A DNA stretch of 56,701 nt, from assembly GCA_964417945.1 (NCBI GenBank), contig CAYQKH010000004.1, positions 1-56,701 on the forward strand, given 5' to 3'. The stretch's first letter is position 1. Every line of letters begins with the position of its first letter. The notes below the pieces were generated by a model. That model saw only the letters and a list, made by a program, of their open reading frames with translations. It was not told where the DNA came from and made no database searches. Shown here piece after piece: positions 49,599-56,543 of this stretch. This DNA comes from an uncultured Opitutales bacterium. Lineage in GTDB: Bacteria; Verrucomicrobiota; Verrucomicrobiia; Opitutales; JABSRG01. A program made the translations under genes and the position numbers.

Positions 49599-51743
49599 GT
49601 GACCCATTTTGCGTTTGTGTGGAAAATCCCATTCCAGATTGTCATCGCCGCCATCGTTTCCGTCCTCAGCGGGACCGCTCTCTTCGGCGCCCCGGAACTC
49701 AGCACGGGCCCCGGACAGCCCATTGAGTTTGACCAGAAGCGTGGCGCCCTCGTCGCCACCGGCGATGCCGCTTTCCGGGATGGTCCCCTCCTCGTCCGCG
49801 CCGAGGAAATCGGATTTTTCCGCCGCGAACAACGGGCGGAGGCCCGAGGAAATGTCGGCCTCACCCGCTCTGGCTTCAAACTCCTTGCCCCGGCCGTCGA
49901 TTACCGGATCGAGGAACGTTCCTTCAGCGCTTCCGATTTTAAGGCGGGTCGCTGGCCACTTTACTTCGAGGGCGAGGCGTTGACCGCCGTCGACGATCAG
50001 ATCACTTTCGAGAACGCTACCGTCTATTTTGGCGAACCGCGTCCCCTCAGCCTCCGGGTTGAGGCTCAATCCCTCACCTATTTTGAAAACGGTGAATTGG
50101 AGGCGACCCGTGCCCGTCTGCGACTGGGAAATTTGCCCACCCTCCCCCTCCCGCGGTTTTCGGGCAGCCTCGACCGTTCACCCATCCGCTATACCGGGCG
50201 CCTCGGATTCAGGGATAACCTCGGTTTTTACTTCCAGAACGAAGCCCTTCTTGAAGTCTCCCCGGAGGGATATGCCGGGATGAATCTCGACCTCTACTCC
50301 GAGCGGGGCATCCTCCTCGGTCCTGCCTTCCTCTACCGCGCCTCTCCCGAGGATTCCACCCGCCTTAACGGTTCCATCCTTTCTGGCTGGATCCGGGACG
50401 GGGGGGAACTCGGAACCGACCGCCTCGGGCTCCCCGTCGACGAGGATCGTGGCTTCCTCGAAGGGTCCCACGCCCAGTCCTTCGCCAACGGGCTGCAGCT
50501 CAACGGCCGCATCAGCCTCTGGACCGATTCCGAAGTGACTCGGGATTTCCGCCCTGACCTCTTCTACCATAACCAAAACCCGGATTCCTTCCTCGAGGCA
50601 CTTTACCAGAAAGGGCCCTTCGTCGGCTCGGTTTTCACCCGCTTCGCCCCAAACGATTTTCAACGGATCCACACCCGCCTCCCCGAGATCCGCCTCGACC
50701 TCCTCCCCACGCGTCTCGGTGAAACCGGGGTTTGGCAGCGGGGCTCCCTTTCCCTCGCCCGCTTGAAGGAGGATCTTCCGGGCAATCCCCTTTCTCACCC
50801 CATCCTTCCCGGAGTCCCCCTACCGAATGAATCCGACCGCGCCGACCTCCAGTACGGATGGTTCTATCCCCTCAAGCTCGCCGAAGGCGTTCACCTCACC
50901 CCGCGCCTCGCCGGAAAAGTCACCCATTATTTTGAAACCCTCGATCTCGCCGACGACGGGGAGTATACCCGCGTCCTCGGCGAGGTCGGCCTCGACCTCG
51001 ATTTTCGGGCCACCGGCACTTGGAATCTTCGCAACGAAATTTGGGGGATCAACGGCTTCCGCCACTCCTTCCGACCGCGGCTCCAATACCGCTTCGTCCC
51101 CGACGCCTCGGCCGGGTCGACAAAAATTTATCCTATCGACCGCCCCGTCCTCACCTTTAACCGCAGAGTCGTCAACCTCATGGATGAGCGGATGACCGAC
51201 GCCCTACAGGACCGCCATTTTGTCCGCCTCGGGGTCGAAAATGTCTTTTTCACCCGGCATCGCGAATTCGGGGTCCGCGAATTGGCTTCCATCCATATCT
51301 TTCAGGATGTCCTCCTCGATAAGCCCGCGGGGGCCAATACCTGGAATTCCTTCTGGACCGAATTCCAAATTAGTCCCGCGCCCTGGATCGATTTCATGCT
51401 CTTCACCCGGTCCGACCTTGAGGACCAGTCCTTTAGCGAGCTTCGCGGTCGCATCCGGATCCAGGACGCCGACCACTGGTGGCTCAGCTTCGGCTCTGAT
51501 TACCTCGACGAGTCTTACGACCAATACCTCATTGAATACTCCCGCCGCCTCAATCCCAATTGGCGCGCCGATCTCCGCCTGCGCTGGGACGCGCGCAGCG
51601 AGAAGTGGATCGAGCAGGAATACGGACTCGCCCAGCGTATCGGCCAATCCCTCCTCCTGCGCTACGCCATTCGCGTCCGCGAGGGCTCCTCCCGCGAGGA
51701 TGACCTCCAATTTACCCTCAGCCTGAATTTTCTCGGATTCTAG
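49599..51743 (+). CDS. lptD: LPS-assembly outer-membrane protein LptD (OstA family)
   Basis: Signal-like N-terminus. OstA-type N-terminal beta-jellyroll pattern (ATGDAAFRDGPLLVRAEEIGFFRREQRAEARGNV). A roughly 550-aa Tyr/Gly/Arg/Asp-rich beta-barrel region ends in ...LQFTLSLNFLGF (terminal aromatic residue). The start codon is uncertain: GTG 49599 or the downstream GTG. Confidence 0.65.
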   Translation: MTHFAFVWKIPFQIVIAAIVSVLSGTALFGAPELSTGPGQPIEFDQKRGALVATGDAAFRDGPLLVRAEEIGFFRREQRAEARGNVGLTRSGFKLLAPAVDYRIEERSFSASDFKAGRWPLYFEGEALTAVDDQITFENATVYFGEPRPLSLRVEAQSLTYFENGELEATRARLRLGNLPTLPLPRFSGSLDRSPIRYTGRLGFRDNLGFYFQNEALLEVSPEGYAGMNLDLYSERGILLGPAFLYRASPEDSTRLNGSILSGWIRDGGELGTDRLGLPVDEDRGFLEGSHAQSFANGLQLNGRISLWTDSEVTRDFRPDLFYHNQNPDSFLEALYQKGPFVGSVFTRFAPNDFQRIHTRLPEIRLDLLPTRLGETGVWQRGSLSLARLKEDLPGNPLSHPILPGVPLPNESDRADLQYGWFYPLKLAEGVHLTPRLAGKVTHYFETLDLADDGEYTRVLGEVGLDLDFRATGTWNLRNEIWGINGFRHSFRPRLQYRFVPDASAGSTKIYPIDRPVLTFNRRVVNLMDERMTDALQDRHFVRLGVENVFFTRHREFGVRELASIHIFQDVLLDKPAGANTWNSFWTEFQISPAPWIDFMLFTRSDLEDQSFSELRGRIRIQDADHWWLSFGSDYLDESYDQYLIEYSRRLNPNWRADLRLRWDARSEKWIEQEYGLAQRIGQSLLLRYAIRVREGSSREDDLQFTLSLNFLGF

Positions 51744-51790
51744 TGTCACGGGTCCACTCTTCGTTCAAACCTTTCCTATCAAAAAAATCA

Positions 51791-52540
51791 ATGAGAGAAG
51801 GGCTCATTCAATCCCCAGACCATCCCATCCGGTTACCCATTTTTGAAGGACCGCTGGACCTCCTTCTCTTTCTCATCCGCAAGAACGAGATTGATATTTA
51901 TGATATCCCGATTACGGAAGTCACCCGACAGTATCTCGGTGTTCTCCATCAGATGGAAAATCTCAATCTTGAGATCGCCGGCGATTTCTTCGTCATGGCC
52001 GCCACTTTGATGTACATTAAGAGCCGTATGCTCCTTCCCAAGAAAGACCAGGGGCCCGAGATCGAGGGGGACGAGGAGGAAGATATCGATCCTCGGTGGG
52101 AACTCGTTCAGCAACTCCTTGAATACCGTCGTGTCAAGGAATCCGCCGCCGCCCTCCAGGACCTTATCGAACGCGCCAATCACCTCCTGCCGCGCAACGC
52201 CGGGATGCAGGACTCCCCTATCCCCGAGCGCCCGCTCAAGGGCGGTGACCGAATCGAACTTTGGAATACCTTTAACCAGGTCCTCCGGCGTCTTACCGAG
52301 CGCATGGCCGTCGGCGAAATTCACGACGAAACCGTCACCGTTTCCGATCGGATGGAGTTCATCCTCCTTCGGATGAAAACGGAACCTCAGTTCACCTTTT
52401 CCAGTCTCTTCCCCGCAAAGGCGCCCGTTCACACCGTCGTCGCTACGTTTCTTGCCATTCTTGAGCTCGCTCGTATGAATGAACTCGAAATCCGCCAATC
52501 CGAGAATTTCGCCGATATCCACTGCTTCCGCTCCCCGTAG
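51791..52540 (+). CDS. scpA: segregation and condensation protein A
   Basis: LPIFEGPLDLLLFLIRKNEIDIYDIPITEVTRQYL kleisin N-terminus and C-terminal winged helix (VVATFLAILELARMNELEI). I prefer the ATG at 51791; the alternative is GTG 51743. Confidence 0.9.
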   Translation: MREGLIQSPDHPIRLPIFEGPLDLLLFLIRKNEIDIYDIPITEVTRQYLGVLHQMENLNLEIAGDFFVMAATLMYIKSRMLLPKKDQGPEIEGDEEEDIDPRWELVQQLLEYRRVKESAAALQDLIERANHLLPRNAGMQDSPIPERPLKGGDRIELWNTFNQVLRRLTERMAVGEIHDETVTVSDRMEFILLRMKTEPQFTFSSLFPAKAPVHTVVATFLAILELARMNELEIRQSENFADIHCFRSP

Positions 52541-52582
52541 CTTTCCACCTTGAAAATTTAAAATACATAGATAGCTTTCAAT

Positions 52583-52846
52583 ATGTCTATGAGTCCAAAT
52601 CATCAGTATCCATCCCCCGCGAGTCGCAAACATCTGCTTGGAGTCGGTCTCGACAATCAGGACGGACACAAGCGGATCACTCAGGCGGAGGAATTCTCGA
52701 TTGTTGGAGGGTCCGAAGAGACCCACGAGCGTATGACGGAGACCCTTGTAAAGACTTTTGAAAAACTGAACCAGAATGGGAAATCACTCCAATCGGTGGA
52801 GGAGAAAGAACTTCGCGACTTGTTACAAAAGAACACGCCGCGCTAG
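52583..52846 (+). CDS. hypothetical protein (87 aa)
   Basis: Clean ORF filling the gap after scpA, with non-repetitive mixed-charge composition (HLLGVGLDNQDGHKRITQAEEF...). I recognise no family. Confidence 0.5.
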   Translation: MSMSPNHQYPSPASRKHLLGVGLDNQDGHKRITQAEEFSIVGGSEETHERMTETLVKTFEKLNQNGKSLQSVEEKELRDLLQKNTPR

Positions 52847-52888
52847 GAGGGCTTGACCCGCAATCAACCCGTCGATTGAGTGAGGCAC

Positions 52889-53368
52889 ATGTCGGATGAC
52901 GTTAAGCCATCGGGAGATTCCCGACCGAACCCTGCTCGGAAATTCACCCTCAGTTCTGGGGAAAAGTCCCAAGCCCCTGGCAGCGGCTCTCTCAAGATCG
53001 GAGGGGGTGCTCCTCAGCCCGCACCCACCGATCCTGTTCCCAAGTCTCTTCAGATAAAATCGCCGAAATCGGAAAAAACGGTTCTCCAACCGGGGGCCTC
53101 CGGTCCAGATGAATCCTCGCCTTCTACTGGCCAACCTTCTGCTCCCGCGAAAGCCGCTCCCTCTAAACCGCCACCCGATATTCAGTTCGATGAAACTCCG
53201 GCAAGGGGAAAGGTCAGCCGGTCTCCCGCCGAAAAACCGAAAATTGAATTTACCGATACAACGTCTGCCGCCCCTTCCAAATCCCTTCTTATCGCCGAAG
53301 GCAGTGCTGCCGTTGTGGCCATCACCTTTACGGTCCTCATCTTTCGCGATCTTCTTCCCTACCTTTAA
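52889..53368 (+). CDS. hypothetical Pro/Ser/Ala-rich protein with a C-terminal membrane anchor
   Basis: Low-complexity N-terminal 130 aa (PAPTDPVPKS, SAPAKAAPSKPPPD) followed by one hydrophobic helix, AAVVAITFTVLIFRDLL, at the extreme C-terminus. It ends 11 nt before trxA. Confidence 0.45.
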   Translation: MSDDVKPSGDSRPNPARKFTLSSGEKSQAPGSGSLKIGGGAPQPAPTDPVPKSLQIKSPKSEKTVLQPGASGPDESSPSTGQPSAPAKAAPSKPPPDIQFDETPARGKVSRSPAEKPKIEFTDTTSAAPSKSLLIAEGSAAVVAITFTVLIFRDLLPYL

Positions 53369-53379
53369 CCTTTATCATC

Positions 53380-53709
53380 ATGTCAGAAAATATAACGAAA
53401 CTGGACTCCAACTCCTTCCAAAGCACCATTGAGGCCGGTGGGTCGACCCCCCTCGTGGTCGACTTCTGGGCACCGTGGTGCGGCCCCTGTAAGGCGATTG
53501 CTCCCATCCTTGAGGAACTCGCCGACGAGCTGGGCGATAAAGTAAGGATCTGCAAGTTGAATGTCGACGAGGCCAATGATGTCGCGAGCCAATTCAACAT
53601 CCGAGCCATTCCCACTCTCCTCATATTTAAGGATGGCAAAGTTGTCGAACAAGTGGTCGGCCTCGCCGATAAAAACAGCCTTAAATCCAAGATCGAGGCC
53701 GCTTCCTGA
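53380..53709 (+). CDS. trxA: thioredoxin
   Basis: 109 aa with the canonical WAPWCGPCK active site and PTLLIFKDG. Confidence 0.96.
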   Translation: MSENITKLDSNSFQSTIEAGGSTPLVVDFWAPWCGPCKAIAPILEELADELGDKVRICKLNVDEANDVASQFNIRAIPTLLIFKDGKVVEQVVGLADKNSLKSKIEAAS

Positions 53710-53727
53710 CTCCCCCTCTTTTCCCTC

Positions 53728-53758
53728 GCCCCGGTCCAGTGGACCGGGGCTTTTTTTT
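53728..53758 (+). terminator. rho-independent terminator of trxA
   Basis: Perfect 10-bp GC-rich stem GCCCCGGTCC-agt-GGACCGGGGC followed by TTTTTTTT. Confidence 0.85.
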
Positions 53759-53777
53759 GGGGTCCTGAATAATTGCC

Positions 53778-54100
53778 TCCCGTAGGGCCGCTTGCTAGTC
53801 AAGCGAGCCTCCCCCTCGCCATCTTCCTCTTCTTCCCCTTCCCTCCTCATTCTAATTTTCCATGGGTTTCCCGACCGCCTCCCGCCGTCCGCCGCCCCTG
53901 CCCTTGAGCCGACTTTGGTCAACAGGAGATTAGAACCTGAACCCCTTTACTTCCCTCCGCGCCCTCCGCGCCCTCCTGTTCAAAAATTCCAGACCGTTGA
54001 CCCTCCCGGCTTCGCTTGCGCTCCGACGCGGCAAGGCGCTCATCAAATGCCTCTCTCGGCTTCGATCCAATACAGGAGCTTCAGCCGGTCCCGGACCCTG
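53778..54100. repeat. composite non-coding repeat region, copy C (degenerate and permuted relative to copies A and B), with an internal 9-nt tandem repeat
   Basis: Contains CCCGTAGGG (the A/B start block). The exact 12-mers CTTCCCTCCGCG (53950-53961) and GGAGCTTCAGCC (54075-54086) are also present in copy B. A degenerate version of the terminal block is present (GCTCATCAAATGCCTCTCTCGGCTTCGATCC). The tandem CCCTCCGCG is repeated 2.7 times at 53953-53976. Confidence 0.55.
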
Positions 54101-54136
54101 ACTGAGCGGTGATGGTGAGAGGGGACCTGCAATTCT

Positions 54137-54166
54137 TTGACATTCCCGTGCAATCGTGCAATCGTG
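54137..54166 (+). promoter_or_regulatory. putative vapB-1 promoter/operator: TTGACA followed by tandem GTGCAATC GTGCAATC GTG
   Basis: TTGACA at 54137-54142. Two exact 8-mers at 54148-54163 plus a partial third, ending 6 nt before the GTG start at 54172. Confidence 0.4.
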
Positions 54167-54171
54167 GAAGG

Positions 54172-54423
54172 GTGAATGTAACGATCAAAATCAAAGATGA
54201 GTTGTATCGCGAAGCCCGGCACCGGGCAGTGGACGCTGGGCAATCCTTATCGGCGTGGGTAGCGGATCGCATTGCCGAGGCAACGGGAAATGCGGCGGGT
54301 GGGATTCAGCCTCCCCGGGACCTCTTGTCGGCCCTCGGAGAGGATTCGCTCGCGGATGTTGATTTGGATGTCCCTAAACTGGGTGATGAACCGGAAGGGG
54401 CTGATTTTCAACAGGATCCATGA
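54172..54423 (+). CDS. vapB: type II antitoxin, VapB-type (ribbon-helix-helix-like) - locus 1
   Basis: (V/M)NVTIKIKDELYREARHRAVDAGQSLSAWVADRI aligns with the second antitoxin (MKNITLKLDEQLISRVKHIAVDEDTSVSAWVAGLI). It has an acidic C-terminal tail and an ATGA overlap with the PIN toxin. The GTG start at 54172 was chosen from that alignment. Confidence 0.78.
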   Translation: MNVTIKIKDELYREARHRAVDAGQSLSAWVADRIAEATGNAAGGIQPPRDLLSALGEDSLADVDLDVPKLGDEPEGADFQQDP

Positions 54424-54836
54424 TTTTAGACACCAATGTTGTTTCGGAACTCCGGAAAGGGAGTCAATGCCACCCGGCGGTCCGTTCCTGGCAGGAGAAG
54501 CAAGCCCTTAACGAGCAATACCTGAGTGTGATCACCTTGCTGGAATTGTCGCTGGGAATAGAATTAGCCTCCAGAAAACAACCTGAATTTGCTGCCCGCC
54601 TGGCTTCCTGGTATGAAAACCGGGTCAAAGGCACTTTCGGCAGCAGGGTGCTTCCGGTCACAACTTCAATCGCCGAAACCTGCGCCCGTTTACACGCAGA
54701 GCGTCCTAGACCCTACCGGGACGCCCTCATCGCCGCCACGGCCTCCGTCCATCGCATGCCCATTGCCACCCGTAATGAGAAGGACTTCAGTGGATGCGGC
54801 GTAAGCCTGGAAAACCCTTGGGATTTTACGAAATGA
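54420..54836 (+). CDS. vapC: type II toxin, VapC family PIN-domain ribonuclease - locus 1
   Basis: MILDTNVVSEL start (first acidic residue), internal E, DALIAATA, and TRNEKDF (fourth acidic position). 138 aa. Confidence 0.88.
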   Translation: MILDTNVVSELRKGSQCHPAVRSWQEKQALNEQYLSVITLLELSLGIELASRKQPEFAARLASWYENRVKGTFGSRVLPVTTSIAETCARLHAERPRPYRDALIAATASVHRMPIATRNEKDFSGCGVSLENPWDFTK

Positions 54837-54884
54837 TCATCCCGACCCTTTTTCTGGACGAAACATGAAAAAGCAGGCTCCTCT

Positions 54885-55292
54885 TTATGCCAAAGGATTG
54901 ATCACCCTTACCCCATCGAAGTTCTGCCCCGAATTGAGATCTTCCGTCCATAATTCATTGGCTTGGGATCGCTGCGCTGCCGCAACAATTGAGGCATCCC
55001 AGTAGGAGAGTTGATGGCTTTGTTGGATTTCCAGGGACCGGAAAAACAATGCTCTTGAATTTTCCACAACCCGCCATGAAAGATAACGCCCAACACGGCG
55101 GGCTGACTCTTTCACGTCGATGCCCTTACGAATCAAATTGACATGGGTTTCCTGTAAAACCTGCACACTGATTGCCGGTATTCTGCGTGACTCCCAAATG
55201 TCCTGAAGGAGCGCTTTAGCCCTTCGGTGCCGGTCTCCAGCGTCGGCATCCTGCGCATAGACCAGAATATTTGAATCAATAAAAACCTGCAT
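54885..55292 (-). CDS. vapC: type II toxin, VapC family PIN-domain ribonuclease - locus 2
   Basis: MQVFIDSNILVYA start, QVLQE, YWDASIVAAA and LWTEDL acidic positions of a PIN fold. 135 aa. Confidence 0.85.
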   Translation of the reverse strand: MQVFIDSNILVYAQDADAGDRHRRAKALLQDIWESRRIPAISVQVLQETHVNLIRKGIDVKESARRVGRYLSWRVVENSRALFFRSLEIQQSHQLSYWDASIVAAAQRSQANELWTEDLNSGQNFDGVRVINPLA

Positions 55293-55293
55293 C

Positions 55294-55521
55294 TCACCGA
55301 CGGTGGAGTTCTTCTCGATTCAATGGGGTCCCTCCCAGGTGCAGCGGTTTTTCGAGGTCTGCCAAGGCTCCTTTGCGCGCGGCTTCGTAGGCATCCCGGT
55401 CCCGTAAGGCCGATTCAATCAATCCCGCCACCCAGGCCGATACCGAGGTGTCTTCATCCACTGCAATATGCTTAACCCGGCTGATTAATTGTTCATCCAA
55501 TTTCAGCGTGATGTTTTTCAT
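55294..55521 (-). CDS. vapB: type II antitoxin, VapB-type - locus 2
   Basis: 75 aa from ATG 55521 (MKNITLKLDEQLISRVKH...). Its stop lies 1 nt before the VapC-2 start. Paralogous to the locus-1 antitoxin. Confidence 0.8.
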   Translation of the reverse strand: MKNITLKLDEQLISRVKHIAVDEDTSVSAWVAGLIESALRDRDAYEAARKGALADLEKPLHLGGTPLNREELHRR

Positions 55522-55682
55522 CCCAAAACTTTCCTTATCAGCCCAAAAACCGTCAAGCACAAAAAATGTGCATACCTAGGCCCGCCGGCCACCCTATTTG
55601 TCTGAATAACTATACCAAAAACCCTCCCCATCCTCCCCCTTTCGCGATGCTATGGGTGCAGGACCGCCAAACCTCTGGAATC

Positions 55683-55713
55683 TTGACAAACTAAACTGGT
55701 CTGAAAAACTGGT
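55683..55713 (+). promoter_or_regulatory. putative phd promoter/operator: TTGACA plus direct repeat AAACTGGT (x2, 13-nt period)
   Basis: TTGACA at 55683-55688. AAACTGGT at 55693-55700 and 55706-55713, ending 4 nt before the ATG at 55718. Confidence 0.35.
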
Positions 55714-55717
55714 TTGT

Positions 55718-55882
55718 ATGTCAGGGCCCCCTTCTTCAGACAAACCGGAAACGATTGGGGCTTTTGCCGCAAAGACCGAACTTTCAAAGCTTCTCCGCCA
55801 GACACGCGCGGGCAAGCACTTCATTATTACCCAGCGCGGCAAACCGGTTGCGGAATTACGCCCCATCCAGGTCGAAATCTAA
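55718..55882 (+). CDS. Phd/YefM family antitoxin (no cognate toxin gene downstream)
   Basis: IGAFAAKTELSKLLRQTRAGKHFIITQRGKPVAELRPI matches the Phd/YefM N-terminal fold signature. 54 aa from ATG 55718. It is followed by non-coding repeat copy B rather than a toxin ORF. Confidence 0.75.
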   Translation: MSGPPSSDKPETIGAFAAKTELSKLLRQTRAGKHFIITQRGKPVAELRPIQVEI

Positions 55883-55923
55883 CCCGCCTCCCTTCAGCCG
55901 ACGGCCCGACCACCCCGTCCGAA

Positions 55924-56142
55924 TTTTCCGTAGGAGATGGTTTACCCGTCGACCCGCACGGTTGAGCCAGGAAGTCCCCCGTAGCACGGAGCTTCAGCCT
56001 GCGCCTATCCCCCAACCTTCCCTCCGCGATCTCCTGCGATGTTGGGCTGGAAGCCGCATGGTTACGCACTTAAGTGCGCGCCCACGCGTCTTCGCCCTCC
56101 GCCTTGCATCTCATCACATCTTGGCTTCATGAAAAATCCGGG
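55924..56142. repeat. dispersed non-coding repeat, copy B (longest copy), containing a 14-nt perfect palindrome
   Basis: Begins TTTTCCGTAGGAGATGG and ends GCATCTCATCACATCTTGGCTTCATGAAAAATCCGGG, as in copy A. It shares two exact 12-mers with copy C. It contains CGCACTTAAGTGCG at 56065-56078. Confidence 0.7.
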
Positions 56143-56270
56143 TTAGGCCGCCACCGACAAGTAAATCTCTCCGGGGTCCACCGCTCCTTGTTTCGGCGCA
56201 AACTGTTCGGCGAAAGCGACCATTTTCAGGCTTGGATTCTAGCGAGTATTTGCGGCTAAAGAGAAGAAGA

Positions 56271-56543
56271 TTATCTGCCGAACAGTTCGCTATGCGAACC
56301 GGTTCTGACCAGGATCAACTCCGTTTCCGTGATCTGATAGATCAAGAGCCAATCCGGGGTGATATGGCATTCCCGGCAGCCTTCATAATCCCCGATCAAG
56401 GCATGATCGCGATGGCGCTCGGCCAAAAGCTCGTCGTTGGCCAGCAAACGGATGATCTCTGCGAGTTTTTCTAGGTCTTTGCCCGAGGACAGCAGCTTCT
56501 TAAAGTCCTTCTTGAAGCGGCTCTTGCGAACGATGGTCCGCAT
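56271..56543 (-). CDS. yafQ: type II toxin, YafQ family (RelE/ParE superfamily mRNA interferase)
   Basis: MRTIVRKSRFKKDFKKL..., ...HRDHALIGDYEGCRECHITPDWLLIY...LILVRTGSHSELF is the classic YafQ pattern. The ATG at 56543 overlaps the upstream antitoxin stop by 1 nt (TGATG). Confidence 0.88.
   Translation of the reverse strand: MRTIVRKSRFKKDFKKLLSSGKDLEKLAEIIRLLANDELLAERHRDHALIGDYEGCRECHITPDWLLIYQITETELILVRTGSHSELFGR

Noticed and set aside
53953-53976. Tandem CCCTCCGCG repeats and other short repeats, considered as a possible CRISPR array
   Set aside because: There are only 2.7 copies of a 9-nt unit, with no spacers and no cas genes. No 24-40-nt repeat/spacer periodicity occurs anywhere in the window.
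53792-54112. 106-aa plus-strand ORF (MLVKRASPSPSSSSSPSLL...) in the trxA-vapB gap
   Set aside because: It is the translation of the CT-rich and repeat sequence: extreme Pro/Ser low complexity that runs through repeat blocks shared with non-coding copies A and B.
55937-55984. Short ORF MVYPSTRTVEPGSPP after the orphan phd, considered as a truncated PIN/VapC toxin remnant (M-x-Y-x-DTS-like start)
   Set aside because: The ATGG and its upstream GTAGGAG belong to the conserved first block of the dispersed repeat (copy A has GTAGGGAATGG in a non-TA context). The resemblance to a toxin start is therefore coincidental.
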